64,000 nt of DNA, taken from assembly GCF_018350175.1 (NCBI RefSeq), contig NC_058368.1, forward strand, positions 145,702,001-145,766,000, read 5' to 3'. The notes beneath the pieces are model-generated. The model saw only the letters and a program-made list of their open reading frames with translations. It had not been told where the DNA came from and made no database searches. Shown here one piece after another: positions 61,015-64,000 of the stretch (positions are counted from its first letter, which is position 1; each line of letters starts with the position of its first letter). Origin of the DNA: Felis catus (lineage: Eukaryota). Both the position numbers and the translations under genes were made by a program.

Positions 61015-61256
61015 GGGGCGCCTGGGTGGGTCAGCCGTTTAAGCATCCAACTTCGGCTCAGGTCATGATCTCACAGTCCGTGGGTTCGAGCCCTGTGCCT
61101 GGTTCAGTGCTGACGGCTCAGAGCCTGGAGCCTGCTTTGGATTCTGTGTCTCCCTCTCTGTCTTTTAAAACTGTGTCAGCCCTGTCTCTCTCTTTCTCTC
61201 TCTCCCTCTCTCTCTCTTAAAAATAAATAAACGTTAAAAATTTTTTTTTCTAAAAA
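61015..61256 (+). mobile_element. CanSINE
   Basis: Perfect 15-bp TSD aagactttttattgg (61000-61014 / 61257-61271). Confidence 0.95.
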
Positions 61257-61665
61257 AAGACTTTTTATTGGCCAACAGAGCAAAATTATGCCCATGCTCT
61301 GGAGGTTTACCTATCTTTTCTTGTATCTAAGCTTCCCACAAAGATGCCTATCTGCATGTCTTTTTCTTTCTGCTTTTCTCTCTCTTTCTTGTTGTTTTCA
61401 ATAAGTCGTATTCTCCAGTAAGTGGCTGACTTTCTTTCTCATCTTGTCCAGGCCACTTATTTTTTTTAACTTATTATTTATGTATTTTTTTCCACCTCAA
61501 AAAGTTAATACAGGGATTTCTTTTTTTTTTAACGTATGAAATTTATTGTCAAATTGGTTTCCATACAACACCCAGTGCTCATCCCAAAAGGTGCCCTCCT
61601 CAATACCCATCACCCACCCACCCCTTCCTCCCAGCCCCCATCAACCCTCAGTTTGTTCTCAGTTT

Positions 61666-63268
61666 TTAACAGTCTCTTATGTTTTGGCTCTCTCCCACTC
61701 TAACCTCTTTTTTTTTTCCTTCCCTTCCCCCATGGGTTTCTGTTAAGTTTCTTAGGATCCACATTAAGAGTGAAACCATATGGTATCTGTCTTTCTCTGT
61801 ATGGCTTATTTCACTTAGCATCACACTCTCCAGTTCCATCCACGTTGCTACAAAAGGCCATATTTCATTCTTTCTCATTGCCACGTAGTATTCCATTGTG
61901 TATATAAACCAAAATTTCTTTATCCATTCATCGATTGATGGACATTTAGGCTCTTTCCATAATTTGGCTATTGTTGAGAGTGCTGCTATAAACACTGGGG
62001 TACAAGTGCCCCTATGCATCAGTACTCCTGTATCCCTTGGATAAATTCTTAGCAGTGCTATTGTTGGGTCATAGGGTAGGTCTATTTTTAATTTTCTTTT
62101 TTTTTTTTAATTTTTTTTTCAACGTTTATTTATTTTTGGGACAGAGAGAGACAGAGCATGAACGGGGGAGGGGTAGAGAGAGAGGGAGACACAGAATCGG
62201 AAACAGGCTCCAGGCTCTGAGCCATCAGCCCAGAGCCTGACGCGGGGCTCGAACTCACGGACCGCGAGATCGTGACCTGGCTGAAGTCGGACGCTTAACC
62301 GACTGCACCACCCAGGCGCCCCTGTTTTTAATTTTCTGAGGAACCTCCACACTGCTTTCCAGAGCGGCTGCACCAATTTGCATTCCCACCAACAGTGCAA
62401 GAGGGTTCCCGTTTCTCCACATCCTCTCCAGCATCTATAGTCTCCTGATTTGTTCATTTTGGCCACTCTGACTGGCGTGAGGTGATATCTGAGTGTGGTT
62501 TTGATTTGTATTTCCCTGATAAGGAACGACGTTGAACATCTTTTCATGTGCCTGTTGGCCATCCGGATGTCTTCTTTAGAGAAGTGTCTTTTCATGTTTT
62601 CTGCCCATTTCTTCACTGGGTTATTTGTTTTTCGGGTGTGGAGTTTGGTGAGCTCTTTATAGATTTTGGATACTAGCCCTTTGTCCGATATGTCATTTGC
62701 GAATATCTTTTCCCATTCTGTTGGTTGCCTTTTAGTTTTGTTGGTTGTTTCCTTGGCTGTGCAGAAGCTTTTTATCTTCATAAGGTCCCAGTAATTCACT
62801 TTTGCTTTTAATTTCCTTGCCTTTGGGGATGTGTCGAGTAAGAGATTGCTACGGCTGAGGTCAGAGAGGTCTTTTCCTGCTTTCTCCTCTAAGGTTTTGA
62901 TGGTTTCCTGTCTCACATTCAGGTCCTTTATCCATTTTGAGTTTATTTTTGTGAATGGTGTGAGAAAGTGGTCTAGTTTCAACCTTCTGCGTGTTGCCGT
63001 CCAGTTCTCCCAGCACCATTTGTTAAAGAGGCTGTCTTTTTTCCATTGGATGTTCTTTCCTGCTTTGTCAAAGATGAGTTGGCCATACGTTTGTGGGTCT
63101 AGTTTTGGGGTTTCTATTCTATTCCATTGGTCTATGTGTCTGTTTTTGTGCCAATACCATGCTGTCTTGATGATGACAGCTTTGTAGTAGAGGCTAAAGT
63201 CTGGGATTGTGATGCCTCCTGCTTTGGTCTTCTTCTTCAAAATTACTTTGGCTATTTGGGGCCTTTTG
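61666..63268 (-). pseudogene. L1 ORF2p C-terminal fragment (post-RT region and CCHC zinc knuckle), interrupted by a SINE
   Basis: ORF track 62119..63285 and 61666..62019: [10 protein letters not shown]..., [34 protein letters not shown]. No endonuclease or RT core is present. Confidence 0.95.
62098..62322 (-). mobile_element. Young SINEC_Fc inside the L1 ORF2
   Basis: 15-bp TSD tatttttaattttct (62083-62097) / tgtttttaattttct (62323-62337). Confidence 0.97.
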
Positions 63269-64000
63269 TAATACAGGGATTTCAACCAGGAGATCAGAGT
63301 CTCCTAGTAGATCTTAAAGTTGATTTCTGCCATAGCAGCCTTTCTCCTGTTCTTAGTCTTTTCTGTGATTCCTAAAGGTAAGTCAAGTATAGTCCCTAGT
63401 AATGATCTGCCTCTAATTCCTAGAGGATAGTGACTGTGCCCAATTTGGAGCCAGGTCAGTAAACAGCACATAGGGTACAAAGGAAATGCTTTCTGACATG
63501 GTTGTGATATTCAACAGTAAGAGAAAAAAAATGCGTATGTACTTTAGAAATCAAAGTTTAGGGTAGTTATTGCAAAATGTATTTTTCTGTGAAACTCAAG
63601 GTTTATTTTTAGGTAGTAAGTTGTTTCTTTTAGGATCATGCTGGTCAGAAACTGAGCAAGTACAGAAGCCATTGGGGAAATTAGTGAATTCCCTAAGTTT
63701 TGGCAGCATATGTAGTCTTGTTACGATCTTTACTTTTACTAAGTTAAACCTCAGGAAACTACTTTGTATATGCTGAGCTCTTCTTCTGTCTGCCAACAGA
63801 AAAGTTTCACAAGCAGGGTAGATGCATATCTACTAAATTATAGCCCAGAGGTTAAAAAGTTCAGAGACTGTTATGTCTAAAGCTCATGTTTTACATTTGA
63901 GAGATAAGTTATCAGTTCCTATAAAATAGGAGTATATTCAACACAGTCAAGTTCTGATTCTATTTTCTTCCTCCATTTCTCCATGAATTCTATAGTCACT

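Larger units (their letters stand above)
61521..63268 (-). mobile_element. Young 5'-truncated L1_Fc
   Basis: Perfect 15-bp TSD taatacagggatttc (61506-61520 / 63269-63283), poly(T) on the + strand, and an open ORF2 C-terminal region. Confidence 0.98.

Noticed and set aside
5735..61220. Recurring 60-90 aa ORFs (MAQSVKRPT..., [15 protein letters not shown]...)
   Set aside because: Reading frames of CanSINE copies, not a gene family.
63277..63377. Exon-like segment (tacag|G ... AAG|gtaagt) whose acceptor lies in the L1 TSD
   Set aside because: Weak pyrimidine tract, 101 nt long with stops in all three frames, and no supporting evidence.
1..64000. Host gene identity or direction from L1 orientation bias
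   Set aside because: L1 insertions occur on both strands and no recognisable coding exon was found, so I cannot name a gene.

Overview
Mammalian, non-coding (intronic or intergenic) DNA from a cat-family (Felidae) genome. The species call rests on about 28 tRNA-derived CanSINE copies, several of the young SINEC_Fc type, and on L1_Fc-type LINE fragments. I recognise no host protein-coding exon, RNA gene, CRISPR array or operon-like system. Every ORF in the track that I can recognise is either L1 ORF2 or a SINE/TE reading frame. The window is a layered record of transposons: old L2, MIR, HAL1, L1M, MaLR/ERVL/ERV1 LTRs, hAT elements (MER5, MER20, MER45) and a Tigger5-type element, overprinted by young L1 and SINE insertions, many with readable target-site duplications (TSDs). 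The best-supported curiosities are mechanistic: (i) a 5'-inverted L1 with three-level nesting and two fold-back hairpins that replace consensus sequence; (ii) a probable SINE 3' transduction; (iii) a young L1 whose open ORF2 is fused in frame to an inserted SINE; (iv) an inverted MaLR LTR end. More speculative are a few candidate exons, a hairpin enclosing a candidate microexon, and motif-dense, TE-poor blocks that may be enhancers. TE family names come from my recall of consensus sequences and need RepeatMasker/Dfam confirmation. I found no convincing new biological system.
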